Source: a virus (lineage: Duplodnaviria > Caudoviricetes). Taken from it: 64,000 bases of DNA. Shown here piece after piece: positions 1 to 9,452 of the stretch (position 1 is its first letter; each line of letters starts with the position of its first letter). Under the pieces are notes generated by a model that was not told the DNA's origin, did no database searches, and worked only from the letters and a program-made list of their open reading frames with translations. Both the position numbers and the translations under genes were made by a program. The stretch lies in IMG/VR virus record IMGVR_UViG_3300042294_003246. The stretch is one strand, 5' to 3'.

Positions 1-212
1 CACTTAAACTTCCAAAGTTGACTAAAAGATATCGTAATGGTAAAATAACGGAACAGTTCTCGACTTTTGAAATTGACTTTGATAATGGAACAAGAGTTAT
101 TCCTATGACACCAAGATGGAATTATGAAACACTTGAGTTCAATTCATGGCAAAACGAAATTTTAGATATGCAACAAGTTCCTGTGAATGATTTTTGGGAT
201 GAATTACCATAA
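1..212 (+). CDS. hypothetical protein, 5'-partial
   Basis: Frame of ORF 18..212 stays open back to base 3. Confidence 0.6.
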   Translation, partial: LKLPKLTKRYRNGKITEQFSTFEIDFDNGTRVIPMTPRWNYETLEFNSWQNEILDMQQVPVNDFWDELP

Positions 213-218
213 TTTTAT

Positions 219-226
219 TATATTTG
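219..226 (+). promoter_or_regulatory. Bacteroidota-type -7 box TATATTTG
   Basis: Matches TAnnTTTG; TTTG at 193-196; ATG at 242. Confidence 0.6.
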
Positions 227-241
227 TAAAAAACATATAAA

Positions 242-523
242 ATGACAGAAAGACAACAAGAACTTTTGATTGAAATGGTTACCAAAATTGATGAAGCCAG
301 AACTTATAATCTAATTTCAGGTGTCTTGACATTCTTGTGGTTATTTGAATTCATATACTTAATTTTTTGGGATAACAATCTCAATATAACTTTATATTTT
401 ACTATTTGGTTGGTTTGTATGGTTGGTTGGGTTCACATGGATAGAAAGTTTAAAAAGAGTATGAAAGAATATAACGAATTAAAAGACGAATACATAACAG
501 AATTTGGAGATGAAAACATATAA
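242..523 (+). CDS. small membrane protein
   Basis: Two hydrophobic segments (LISGVLTFLWLFEFIYLIFW; ITLYFTIWLVCMVGWV). Confidence 0.7.
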   Translation: MTERQQELLIEMVTKIDEARTYNLISGVLTFLWLFEFIYLIFWDNNLNITLYFTIWLVCMVGWVHMDRKFKKSMKEYNELKDEYITEFGDENI

Positions 524-1091
524 ACAACTACCGATCCCTGAAGACACGGCTTGGGATAGATCAACATTATACGGGAGATTACATTGGAGAATTAGAGATT
601 TTATAACCAGTTGTCATAACTTAATCAAGTGGTTTCCAACTATTTGGAACGATAGAGATTGGGATGATAGTTTTATCTTAAAGATTCTACAAAAGAAAAT
701 TGAATTTCAAAGAAAAGAACTTGTTAATTCCAACCGACACATGAGAATTGAACTTGATAATCGTGATATGACTTTAGCTCTTAATTTACTTGAAAGAGTA
801 AATGAAGAATACTACCAATTGGAGTGTATGGATTATTGGGATAACGATATGATATTCGACGATGTTCCTGATAAACCTGGATTTAAATCAATTGATTTTG
901 AGGAAAAGTGGGAAAAATATGATGAATACCTTTCTAAATATCCTTCTTCAGTTCGTGCGGTTGTTAAAGAACATGGAGAACAAGATGACAAAAAGCGTTT
1001 ATGTTTATTGGTTTCCCATTATAATCATAATAAAGCAAATAAACTACTATTCAGAGTGCTTGAGGAAAGACTTGCATTTTGGTGGGATTAA
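510..1091 (+). CDS. phage hypothetical protein
   Basis: ATG at 510 preferred over TTG 504; WNDRDWD motif; tight operon packing. Confidence 0.7.
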   Translation: MKTYKQLPIPEDTAWDRSTLYGRLHWRIRDFITSCHNLIKWFPTIWNDRDWDDSFILKILQKKIEFQRKELVNSNRHMRIELDNRDMTLALNLLERVNEEYYQLECMDYWDNDMIFDDVPDKPGFKSIDFEEKWEKYDEYLSKYPSSVRAVVKEHGEQDDKKRLCLLVSHYNHNKANKLLFRVLEERLAFWWD

Positions 1092-1102
1092 AAAATAAAA
1101 TT

Positions 1103-1279
1103 ATGGATAAAAGAATGATTCAAGGACAGTTAATGAATGAGCATCGTTTGATATCAAACGAGATTGCCGATATCAAAGCATCAAGTTTTGAATTAACTAA
1201 AGAACAAAAACAAAGAATCTCTGAACTTGAAATTAAATTAAAAGTAATTGCTCAAAAGTTATATACACTATACCTATAG
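1103..1279 (+). CDS. hypothetical coiled-coil protein
   Basis: ATG 1103 after an A-rich leader, in frame with the track ORF. Confidence 0.6.
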   Translation: MDKRMIQGQLMNEHRLISNEIADIKASSFELTKEQKQRISELEIKLKVIAQKLYTLYL

Positions 1280-1282
1280 TTT

Positions 1283-1534
1283 ATGGATGGATATTTGATA
1301 TTTTTCGAAAATCAATGGGTGGTAAAAAATTTATCCCAAAATGATAATAAAGTTTATCCAATATGGGAAGAAAACCAAGAATGGATCAATAAACCATCAA
1401 CAAAAAAAATACTTAAAGATGGTGTTGAGGTTGTATTTGACATCATAACTTCTGGTGAATATAGTGAAGAAAAACAACAAATTATTAAAACTGATTTTGC
1501 TAAAATTAAGGCAATTTATTTTGAAAGTTTATGA
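1283..1534 (+). CDS. hypothetical protein
   Basis: Operon packing; ATGA overlap with next gene. Confidence 0.65.
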   Translation: MDGYLIFFENQWVVKNLSQNDNKVYPIWEENQEWINKPSTKKILKDGVEVVFDIITSGEYSEEKQQIIKTDFAKIKAIYFESL

Positions 1535-1836
1535 AATTTGATAAAAGAATTTTAGATCTTAGTAAAACGATATATCAAACTTCGGTTATGTGTCATGAGT
1601 CCAAACAAGACCCAAATAAACAAATTGATAAAATAAAAACGATGATTCGTGAGTTTATTAGACTTGAGGTTGTTCCTTATGAGCTAACAGAACAAGAAAA
1701 AACAAGTTTTATTATTGAAAATGAATTAAAGATTATTGAGGCGGTTAGGAATGGGCACAAACCATGTGATAATGATGAATTTTCGAAAACAAGGGAAAAA
1801 ATAAATAAATACAGAAAAGATTTAAAATTAATATGA
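1531..1836 (+). CDS. hypothetical protein
   Basis: ATGA overlaps on both sides. Confidence 0.7.
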   Translation: MKFDKRILDLSKTIYQTSVMCHESKQDPNKQIDKIKTMIREFIRLEVVPYELTEQEKTSFIIENELKIIEAVRNGHKPCDNDEFSKTREKINKYRKDLKLI

Positions 1837-2120
1837 GCGAAGATAGAATACCTTACCCGTTAGACGACTCTCAAGGAGGTCCTGATGGTGCATTTAAAGA
1901 TAAAAATGTAAAATCAACTTGTATTGGTTCAGAAGGATATTACCACGACGACGAGGATATGTCAATTTGGGATAATACCCTTCGAGATGGATTACAGGAG
2001 TTTGAAGTTTATGAAACCATTCAAAAAATAAGAAACTATTATAATGGTCATCATAATATTGACGGAAGACCACCTTCAAGAAAAGATTTTAATGATTACC
2101 TTGATTCGTTAGAAAAATAG
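1833..2120 (+). CDS. hypothetical protein
   Basis: ATGA overlap with upstream gene. Confidence 0.65.
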   Translation: MSEDRIPYPLDDSQGGPDGAFKDKNVKSTCIGSEGYYHDDEDMSIWDNTLRDGLQEFEVYETIQKIRNYYNGHHNIDGRPPSRKDFNDYLDSLEK

Positions 2121-2135
2121 TTTTATTTTTAAACC

Positions 2136-2384
2136 ATGACAGAAAAAGAATTACATTTATTAGGATTCGATAAAGAATTTATCGACGAATACGAAGGAGA
2201 CGAAACTTATTATTACTACTACGAAATTGCCAGTGGTCTATCACTTATTTCTTGTTCAAGTGAAGATGTTGAAGACCATATGTGGTATGTTGAGGTCTTC
2301 AACACAGAACCATCAATTAGATTTACTGAGTTTGGACAACTACAAGGTCTTATTAATTTATTGACTTCTGCAATAGTAAAATGA
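2136..2384 (+). CDS. hypothetical acidic protein
   Basis: Operon packing. Confidence 0.65.
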   Translation: MTEKELHLLGFDKEFIDEYEGDETYYYYYEIASGLSLISCSSEDVEDHMWYVEVFNTEPSIRFTEFGQLQGLINLLTSAIVK

Positions 2385-2665
2385 GTAATCTAATTAAAAA
2401 TTACCCAAAGCCGGGTGAAAAATACCAACACTATAAAGGTGGTCAATACGAAGTTATTTGCATGTGTAATCACACAGATACTGACGAACCGCTAGTCATT
2501 TACAAATCACTTTCTTTTGGATCACAATATGCAAGACCATTTTCCGAGTGGAATGATCAAGTCGATACTCAAAACTACGGAGGTAAAGAACAACCAATTT
2601 TTAGATTTAAAAAAAATAGAAAAGTAATGATGAATAATTTAGTTATCAAAAAAGATAGTAATTGA
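2381..2665 (+). CDS. DUF1653-like protein
   Basis: YQHYKGGQYEV...DTDEPLVIYKSL...YARPFSEW matches recalled DUF1653 pattern. Confidence 0.75.
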   Translation: MSNLIKNYPKPGEKYQHYKGGQYEVICMCNHTDTDEPLVIYKSLSFGSQYARPFSEWNDQVDTQNYGGKEQPIFRFKKNRKVMMNNLVIKKDSN

Positions 2666-2686
2666 ATATAAAAATAAGATAGTAGA

Positions 2687-2694
2687 TATTTATA
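2687..2694 (+). promoter_or_regulatory. putative phage late promoter TATTTATA
   Basis: Motif recurs upstream of more than 25 genes in the window. Confidence 0.6.
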
Positions 2695-2707
2695 ATAAAC
2701 AAGTAAA

Positions 2708-3556
2708 ATGATTATCTATAAAATAACTAACAATCTTAATAATAAAATCTATATCGGTCAAGATAGAAATAATAACCCATCTTACTTCGGAAGTGGTAAA
2801 AAAATACAAAGAGCCATAAAAAAATATGGTAAAGAAAATTTTGTAAAAGAAATTTTAGAAGAGTGTGTTGATGAAAATCATATGAATGAAAGAGAAGTTT
2901 ACTGGATATTAAAATATAATAGTCAAGATAGAAAAATTGGTTATAATATAAGTAATGGTGGTAAAGAGGGTGACAGACAAATAGGTCAAGACATTACTAA
3001 AAACGGAATTTATAATTATTGGGTTGAAAAACACGGTCAGGAAGAAGCTGATATTAGAAAAAAACAACAAATTGAAAAAATCATAAAACATAACAAGGAA
3101 AACGGCACAGAACTAACTAAAAAAGGTCGTTATAGTTTATGGTTAGAAAAATATGGTAAAGAAGAGGCCGATAGAAGACATTTTGAATGGAGATTAAAAA
3201 TATCACAACATCAGCAATATAAATTAGAGAATGGGTGGAAGCATACTGACGAAGCCAAAGAAAAAATATCAAAGGCGGGTAAAGGTAGGAAACTATCTGA
3301 AGAAACAAAAAATAAAATGAGAAAACCTAAACCAAAAGGGTTTTCAGAAAAACTATCAAAATTGAAAAAAGGTGTGTCAACAGGATCATCAAAAAAAAGA
3401 TTACAGGTTTTACAATTTGATTTAAATGGTAATTTACTTTATACTTGGGATAGTATAACAGAAGTTGAAAAACAATTAAAAATATTCAATATATCTGCGG
3501 TATGTAAAGGAAAACAAGAAACCGCTGGTGGTTATAAATGGGAATATAAAAAATAA
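2708..3556 (+). CDS. GIY-YIG homing endonuclease (NUMOD3/NUMOD1-type tail)
   Basis: IIYKITN...IYIGQ; YFGSG; GYNISNGG; HTDEAKEKIS/LSEETKNKM; C-terminal VLQFDLNG...AGGYKW. Confidence 0.9.
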   Translation: MIIYKITNNLNNKIYIGQDRNNNPSYFGSGKKIQRAIKKYGKENFVKEILEECVDENHMNEREVYWILKYNSQDRKIGYNISNGGKEGDRQIGQDITKNGIYNYWVEKHGQEEADIRKKQQIEKIIKHNKENGTELTKKGRYSLWLEKYGKEEADRRHFEWRLKISQHQQYKLENGWKHTDEAKEKISKAGKGRKLSEETKNKMRKPKPKGFSEKLSKLKKGVSTGSSKKRLQVLQFDLNGNLLYTWDSITEVEKQLKIFNISAVCKGKQETAGGYKWEYKK

Positions 3557-3561
3557 CGAAA

Positions 3562-4656
3562 ATGAATAATTTAGACAAACAATACCAAGATTTACTTCAA
3601 GATATTTTGGATAATGGGGTAAAAAAAGAAACAAGAAATGGAGGAACCATCAGTGTTTTTGGTCGTCAGATCAGACACAACATGAGTGAAGGATTTCCTT
3701 TACTCACAACCAAGAAAATGTTTTGGAAAGGAATTGTAACTGAATTGATTTGGTTCCTACGTGGTGATACGAACATTAAATACCTTATAGATAATGATTG
3801 TCATATTTGGGACGGTGATGCTTATAAGAACTACGGTCAAAAGATTATCTCTGGAGGTTACCAAAATTTAGTTGCAATAGGATGGCCTAGTACACAAGAA
3901 GAGTTCATCAACAAAATCAAAACAGATGATGAGTTTGCTAAGAAGTGGGGAGATTTAGGTCCTGTGTATGGTAGACAATGGAGAGCGTGGGGTGGCTTTG
4001 ATAAAAAACCTTCAGGATGGAATCATGGGGCTGTTACTCATTTTTCTGAAGTGCCTAAACTTGACCAGATAAAAAATCTTATTCACGACCTTAAAACAAA
4101 TCCTGATAGCCGAAGATTGATGGTTACAGCTTGGAACCCATCGGAATTGGACCAGATGACTCTTCCACCTTGTCATTATGGATTTCAAATTTATACAAGA
4201 GAGTTCAGTTTACAGGAAAGAAAAGACATATATGATAAATCGTCTTATGTTAAAGATATTTTTCCGACAGATGAAAATGGATGGAATAGTTTATTCAATG
4301 ATTGTAGTATACCAACCAGGGCAATCTCTTTAATGTTCAATATGAGAAGCAATGATGTTCCGCTCGGGCTTCCATTTAATTTGGCTTCATATGGGTTACT
4401 TTTGATGATATTGGCAAAAGAGGTTAATATGGTACCTGAAGAATTGATTTCAAATATGGGAGATTGTCACATATATCTAAATCAAATTGATGGTGTGAAA
4501 GAACAATTAACAAGAGAACCATTTGAATTACCAACTCTTAATCAGTTCCCCACCTATGAAGGTTCAAGACCATCAATAGAATCTTATACTATTGGCGATT
4601 TCACACTTAAAAATTACAAATCACACCCAAGTATAAAAATGCCACTTTCTAACTAA
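3562..4656 (+). CDS. thyA: thymidylate synthase
   Basis: FPLLTTKK, GDLGPVYG, DSRRLMVTAWNP, catalytic PPCH, RSND..LGLPFN, GDCHIY; uninterrupted ORF with two insertions. Confidence 0.97.
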   Translation: MNNLDKQYQDLLQDILDNGVKKETRNGGTISVFGRQIRHNMSEGFPLLTTKKMFWKGIVTELIWFLRGDTNIKYLIDNDCHIWDGDAYKNYGQKIISGGYQNLVAIGWPSTQEEFINKIKTDDEFAKKWGDLGPVYGRQWRAWGGFDKKPSGWNHGAVTHFSEVPKLDQIKNLIHDLKTNPDSRRLMVTAWNPSELDQMTLPPCHYGFQIYTREFSLQERKDIYDKSSYVKDIFPTDENGWNSLFNDCSIPTRAISLMFNMRSNDVPLGLPFNLASYGLLLMILAKEVNMVPEELISNMGDCHIYLNQIDGVKEQLTREPFELPTLNQFPTYEGSRPSIESYTIGDFTLKNYKSHPSIKMPLSN

Positions 4657-4674
4657 CTTTTTATTATTTGAGGA

Positions 4675-4682
4675 TATTTATA
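4675..4682 (+). promoter_or_regulatory. putative late promoter TATTTATA
   Basis: Recurrent motif, upstream of the second GIY-YIG gene. Confidence 0.55.
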
Positions 4683-4711
4683 TTAAAGGATAAACCTTAA
4701 AGTAAATCAAT

Positions 4712-5545
4712 ATGAAGAAATTTTTAGTTTATGAAATAAAAAACAACATTAATGGTAAATCTTATGTCGGACAATATAGTGGATTATCATTTGAAAAATA
4801 TTTTGGGAGTGGAAAGTTGATTAAGTTAGCCATAAAAAAATATGGGTTAGAAAATTTCTCTAAAACTATTTTAGAAGAGTGTTCTAATAAAGATGAGTTG
4901 AATGAAAAAGAAATTTTTTGGATTGATAAACTCAAAACAATTGCAAACGGCTATAATTTAACTGAAGGTGGCACTGGTGGAGATTTATCTGAATTTATTA
5001 AGTATGATGAGAATTGGGTTGAAAACCAAAGACTCTCAACAAAAAAGTATTGGGACAATATCAGTGATGATGAAAGAAAAAAAAGAAGTGAAAGTGTATC
5101 TGGCGAAAAAAATGGAATGTATGGTAAAGAAGGATTTTGGAAAGGTAAGAAAATACCTAAAGAAATTGTAAAAAAATCATTAGATAATAGAAGAAGTTAT
5201 GATAAAGAACAAAATCCTAATTGGAAGGGAGGTTTAACTTATGTCTATTGTGAATGTGGTAAAAGAATAGGTTACGGTCACACTCATTGTAATAAATGTA
5301 GACCAAGAAGTAATGACGATAATCCATTTTTTGGTAAACAACATTCGGAAGAAACTAAAAATAAGTTAAGTGAAATCAGAAAAGGAACTTATAATGGAGA
5401 ACAGAATATACCAATAATAATTGATGATGTTGAATACCGTTCTGCTGGTGAGGCATCCAAAATACTTAATCTACCTATGGCAACGATAAGATGGAGGGTT
5501 TTAAGTAAAAATAAAAAATTTGACAATTACAAATACAAAGATTAA
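4712..5545 (+). CDS. GIY-YIG homing endonuclease
   Basis: LVYEIKNNINGKSYVGQ; YFGSG; GYNLTEGG; NUMOD3-like NPFFGKQHSEETKNKLS. Confidence 0.9.
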   Translation: MKKFLVYEIKNNINGKSYVGQYSGLSFEKYFGSGKLIKLAIKKYGLENFSKTILEECSNKDELNEKEIFWIDKLKTIANGYNLTEGGTGGDLSEFIKYDENWVENQRLSTKKYWDNISDDERKKRSESVSGEKNGMYGKEGFWKGKKIPKEIVKKSLDNRRSYDKEQNPNWKGGLTYVYCECGKRIGYGHTHCNKCRPRSNDDNPFFGKQHSEETKNKLSEIRKGTYNGEQNIPIIIDDVEYRSAGEASKILNLPMATIRWRVLSKNKKFDNYKYKD

Positions 5546-5557
5546 AATTAAATTAAT

Positions 5558-5695
5558 ATGACACACCACAATGTTTGGTTTAAAAGATGGTTTAACCCCA
5601 CGCTAAGAAAGATATTCAAAGTTGAGATATGTTCTTTAATTGATGGTGAAACTGTGATTGGGTATGGAATAAGAAAATATAAAAAGTTATGTTAG
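5558..5695 (+). CDS. small hypothetical protein (45 aa, not in track)
   Basis: MTHHNVWFKRWFNP...; fills the gap and overlaps the next start. Confidence 0.5.
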   Translation: MTHHNVWFKRWFNPTLRKIFKVEICSLIDGETVIGYGIRKYKKLC

Positions 5696-6372
5696 GATTA
5701 AGAAAGGTTGAACCTGGTAGATGGAGAAATGATTGGATGGAGTTTTACCCTGGATTCCATAAATGGAATTTAAGATACCTACCAAGTAATGGATTAAATT
5801 GGAAATTAGATTTTTGTTTTATTTGGGGTCAATTTTATATGACATTCAAAACAAACAAACCACCAAAATATAAGGATGAAAGACCAAAATATGGATTTTA
5901 TTTTTATTCGGTAGGTAGTTGGTTTCCTGATTCATTATGGATCCATAGAGGAACAAAAAAAATAAAATGTATTGATTTACCTTGGCAATATGATTGGGTA
6001 AGAACATCCAAATTTCTAAAAGATGGAACATGGGCACACCAAACCAAAAAAAATAAAATTGATTTTTATACTCCTGAATGGAAAGAAAAAATCCATAAAG
6101 AAACACATAAATACTATTACATTCACGACGATTTGTTCCAAGATACTGAGGCCACTTGTAAGTTAGAGGAAAGAGAATGGAGACCAAGAATGTTCAGGTG
6201 GACACGACTTTTTAGAAAAGTAAGACGAAGTATTGATGTTGATTTCAGTAATCCGATTGGGAAAGGTGTTGATTCATATAAAGGAGGAACTTATGGTGCG
6301 GGACACGACACTAATAAAGGTGAGACAATTAAACAATGTCTTAAAAGAATGATGAAAGAAAGAAAATTTTAA
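5689..6372 (+). CDS. phage hypothetical protein, Trp-rich
   Basis: 227-aa ORF in operon context. Confidence 0.7.
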   Translation: MLGLRKVEPGRWRNDWMEFYPGFHKWNLRYLPSNGLNWKLDFCFIWGQFYMTFKTNKPPKYKDERPKYGFYFYSVGSWFPDSLWIHRGTKKIKCIDLPWQYDWVRTSKFLKDGTWAHQTKKNKIDFYTPEWKEKIHKETHKYYYIHDDLFQDTEATCKLEEREWRPRMFRWTRLFRKVRRSIDVDFSNPIGKGVDSYKGGTYGAGHDTNKGETIKQCLKRMMKERKF

Positions 6373-6388
6373 CAACAAAAAATAAATT

Positions 6389-6700
6389 ATGACAGGAAAA
6401 TACCTAATTACAACAGACAGATATTTTGTCGCACCTGACGGAAAAACTTATACCGCAGTTTGGGGTGATGTTAATATTTTAGAAGACTCCATTCTCGGAG
6501 TTAAAACGAACAGAAATAGTGCCAACTGGTATGCGATGGTTGGTAAAAATGGTAAAGAAATTACTATTGCGGGATGTCAAATATTTTACGCTATTAAGTG
6601 TGAGGAAAAACCATACACAGAAGACGTGGAAGATTGGACGGTTGATAATGGTAAGTTTGATACATACGTAAGACCAACTAAAATTTACATCGCAGAATAA
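6389..6700 (+). CDS. hypothetical protein
   Basis: A-rich leader; operon context. Confidence 0.7.
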   Translation: MTGKYLITTDRYFVAPDGKTYTAVWGDVNILEDSILGVKTNRNSANWYAMVGKNGKEITIAGCQIFYAIKCEEKPYTEDVEDWTVDNGKFDTYVRPTKIYIAE

Positions 6701-6727
6701 CACTCAACAATTAAAGTTTATTAAATT

Positions 6728-7276
6728 ATGAAAAAAAAAATTTCACAAGAAGAAATTCAAGAAATTGAAAGATTAACAGGGGGAAAAATTGGAACACATA
6801 CATTTGGACCAAACAACGAAAACACATTGGAAAATTCATTCTTATCGCCTGATGGAACATATATCGGTAGTATTGATGAAGCAAGATGGTATGTTAAAAA
6901 TAAAATGATGGTTGATGAAAATTATCCCCACGGAGTTGCTGCGGTTATTATCGAAGATACATATGGAACTGATAACCCTGTTATCGAAGGGATGTATGGA
7001 TACACTCACAGAGGTGGTAGTCTTTTCAAAATCGGAGATAGATTATTTGATGGGGATTATGAACCCGTTAAAGAAGATTACCCTGAAGAACAATGGAATG
7101 AATACGAAACAAAGTTCGCGGATTTATATCAAGAAGAAGATGAACTTGGTAGAAAATGGATGGATGAAGACGGAATATCTTATGTAATACCATTCAAATT
7201 AAGAGGATCAAAATTGATTGAAACAATGGAAGAAGCATTTGAAGCCGCTAAAAATATGTCAAATTATTTAAGTTAA
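6728..7276 (+). CDS. hypothetical acidic protein
   Basis: 182-aa ORF in operon context. Confidence 0.7.
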   Translation: MKKKISQEEIQEIERLTGGKIGTHTFGPNNENTLENSFLSPDGTYIGSIDEARWYVKNKMMVDENYPHGVAAVIIEDTYGTDNPVIEGMYGYTHRGGSLFKIGDRLFDGDYEPVKEDYPEEQWNEYETKFADLYQEEDELGRKWMDEDGISYVIPFKLRGSKLIETMEEAFEAAKNMSNYLS

Positions 7277-7280
7277 TATT

Positions 7281-7718
7281 ATGAAAACAAAAGTATATTC
7301 AGCTTTCCCCGGTGTAGGGAAAACAACTTACTTCAATACAACAGATAGAAATGTATTGGATAGTGATAGTTCAAAGTTTGACAAGAAACATTTTCCTGAC
7401 AACTACATTGAACACATCGAAAGAAACGTAGAAGATCCAAAGGTTGATAAGATTCTTGTTTCATCACATAAAGATGTAAGAGATGCTCTATTAAAAAAAG
7501 GTATTCCATTCGTATTAGTTTATCCTGACAGAAGTCTAAAAGACGAATACATTCAACGATATAAAGAAAGAGGAAATAACGATTCGTTTGTTGACTTATT
7601 GGACAAAAATTGGGATAATTGGATGGACGAGATGGATCAAATGGAAGCACCTGAAGGTCAAACTTTATATAAGGTAAAATTAGGTCCGGGTCAATACTTA
7701 ACAGATGTAATAGATTAA
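7281..7718 (+). CDS. P-loop kinase-like protein
   Basis: N-terminal Walker A AFPGVGKT; size typical of a nucleotide kinase. Confidence 0.7.
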   Translation: MKTKVYSAFPGVGKTTYFNTTDRNVLDSDSSKFDKKHFPDNYIEHIERNVEDPKVDKILVSSHKDVRDALLKKGIPFVLVYPDRSLKDEYIQRYKERGNNDSFVDLLDKNWDNWMDEMDQMEAPEGQTLYKVKLGPGQYLTDVID

Positions 7719-7721
7719 AAA

Positions 7722-7958
7722 ATGAAAGAACAAAACGATTGGAATGATCCCATTTTATCAGATGGAGATTTTCCACAAGTAAACAAAACAAAATTCCAAG
7801 TAGGAGACAAGGCAGTAAAATTAAAAGGATATAAGTTTCCTTGCACCATCGTATCGGTATTTAAAACCGTAGAAGGAAATGTTAGAGTCGTAGGAGAAAT
7901 GGATGAACACGGACTTCTTCACATCTTCAACGAAGATCAATTAGAACGCACCAACTAA
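7722..7958 (+). CDS. small hypothetical protein
   Basis: FQVGDKAVKLKGYKFPCTIVSVF, small beta-barrel-like. Confidence 0.6.
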   Translation: MKEQNDWNDPILSDGDFPQVNKTKFQVGDKAVKLKGYKFPCTIVSVFKTVEGNVRVVGEMDEHGLLHIFNEDQLERTN

Positions 7959-7959
7959 A

Positions 7960-8139
7960 ATGAAAAATTTAAAAAAATATACAATCAAAGAAATTTTTAT
8001 TTCTGAGTTAGGTTATTTGATGGTGAAACTTTATAACAATGAAAAACAAGTTTTTACAACTTTAAATCTTGGTAATTGGAAAGACAATTTAAACTTTGAT
8101 TTATATAATATAAATCTTGATGAGGTGGGCAAAAAATAA
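7960..8139 (+). CDS. small hypothetical protein (59 aa, not in track)
   Basis: MKNLKKYTIKEIFISELGYLMVK...; starts 1 nt after previous stop. Confidence 0.55.
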   Translation: MKNLKKYTIKEIFISELGYLMVKLYNNEKQVFTTLNLGNWKDNLNFDLYNINLDEVGKK

Positions 8140-8171
8140 AACAATCAATATTTATTATTAAAACAATAGAT

Positions 8172-9056
8172 ATGAAAGTTCTAAAATTAGGATCTAAAGG
8201 TAAAGAAGTTGAAGATTTACAAAAATATTTAAAAATTAAGGTTGATGGTGATTTTGGACCAAAAACCGAAGAGTCGGTTAAAAAATTCCAAAAAGAAAAT
8301 AAACTAACCGCCGATGGTGTTGTTGGTGAAAAAACATGGAATGCCATGGGATTTGGTATTACCACCGACCTTCAAGAAACGACATTATCAACAGAAAAAC
8401 TGATTATAGATCAAAAATTTTTAGATAAAGACGAATACCTGATAGGACCAACAAAAAAAGAATATTTGTTTTTACATCACACCGCAGGTGGAAACAACCC
8501 ATACCAAGTTATTACAATGTGGAATAACGATACAAGAGGACGAATTGGAACTGAGTTTGTTTTAGGAGGACAATCTGTTTTTAACGGAAATGAAACTTAT
8601 GATGGGACAATCGTTCAGGCATTTCCTGAAGGTTGTTATGGTTGGCACTTAGGAGATAATGGATCACAACACATGCACTCACACTCAGTTGGAATTGAGG
8701 TATGTAATTTTGGTCAAATTAAAAATGGTTTAACTTATACAGGACAAAAAGCTGACCCAAAACAAATTGTGGAACTTAAACAATCATTTAGAGGGTATAA
8801 GTTCTGGCATAGATATTCAGACAAACAAATTGAGACATTGAGATCTTTAATTTTACATATTGCAAATAGAGACAGCATCGACATTCGAAAAGGTTTAATT
8901 GAAGAAATCAAAAATAAAGGAGCTTTAGGTTTTGAATTTAATTCTGACGCATATTATGGTAGAGTAAAAGGAATGTGGACTCACACAAACACCAGAAAAG
9001 ATAAGTTCGACATGTTCCCCCAACAAGAACTTATTGATATGTTATTATCTTTGTAA
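8172..9056 (+). CDS. endolysin: peptidoglycan-binding domain + N-acetylmuramoyl-L-alanine amidase
   Basis: LKLGSKG..V..LQ...DGDFGPKT...DGVVG; LHHTAG, SVGIEVCNFG, WTH...DMFP; TATTTATT at 8149-8156. Confidence 0.9.
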   Translation: MKVLKLGSKGKEVEDLQKYLKIKVDGDFGPKTEESVKKFQKENKLTADGVVGEKTWNAMGFGITTDLQETTLSTEKLIIDQKFLDKDEYLIGPTKKEYLFLHHTAGGNNPYQVITMWNNDTRGRIGTEFVLGGQSVFNGNETYDGTIVQAFPEGCYGWHLGDNGSQHMHSHSVGIEVCNFGQIKNGLTYTGQKADPKQIVELKQSFRGYKFWHRYSDKQIETLRSLILHIANRDSIDIRKGLIEEIKNKGALGFEFNSDAYYGRVKGMWTHTNTRKDKFDMFPQQELIDMLLSL

Positions 9057-9075
9057 TGTATTAAAAATATTATTT

Positions 9076-9104
9076 AAACCCCATCTCAACAGGTGGGGTT
9101 TTTT
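9076..9104 (+). terminator. intrinsic terminator
   Basis: AAACCCCATC-TCAACA-GGTGGGGTTT plus T-run. Confidence 0.85.
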
Positions 9105-9179
9105 GTTTTTACCTATTGACTATGATATTTATTTTTGTTAAAATTTATTAACAAATAAACCCTTAATAAAAGTCGAAAC

Positions 9180-9356
9180 ATGAAAAATGTATTTTTTGTA
9201 AGTTTGATGTTACTTGGGACTACACTTGGTGTTGTTTCTTGTGGTGAAAAAAAAGAAAACGAAACCACACAAGAAGCAAAATCTGAAGATTCAACAAAAA
9301 ATGTTGATACTCAAAGTGTAAAACAAGATACACTTGTGCTAGACAACCAGAAATAA
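9180..9356 (+). CDS. small lipoprotein (58 aa, not in track)
   Basis: MKNVFFVSLMLLGTTLGVVS-CGEKKENETTQE: signal peptide II with lipobox Cys and charged tail. Confidence 0.75.
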   Translation: MKNVFFVSLMLLGTTLGVVSCGEKKENETTQEAKSEDSTKNVDTQSVKQDTLVLDNQK

Positions 9357-9385
9357 TAATATGTATCAATTTGGATATTATTTCT

Positions 9386-9412
9386 CCCCCATCCTGTAAG
9401 GTGGGGTTTTTT
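9386..9412 (+). terminator. intrinsic terminator
   Basis: CCCCATC-CTGTAA-GGTGGGG plus T6. Confidence 0.85.
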
Positions 9413-9413
9413 G

Positions 9414-9445
9414 TTTGACATTTGTATTTAAATTTGTTATTTTTG
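9414..9445 (+). promoter_or_regulatory. Bacteroidota housekeeping-sigma promoter
   Basis: TTTG 9414-17, 20-nt spacer, TATTTTTG 9438-45, ATG 9453. Confidence 0.75.
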
Positions 9446-9452
9446 TTTTATT

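Noticed and set aside
3562-4656. Group I intron in thyA, or a base-hypermodifying thyA variant
   Set aside because: ORF is continuous and both endonucleases lie outside it; the dUMP-specifying Asn (PFN) is retained.
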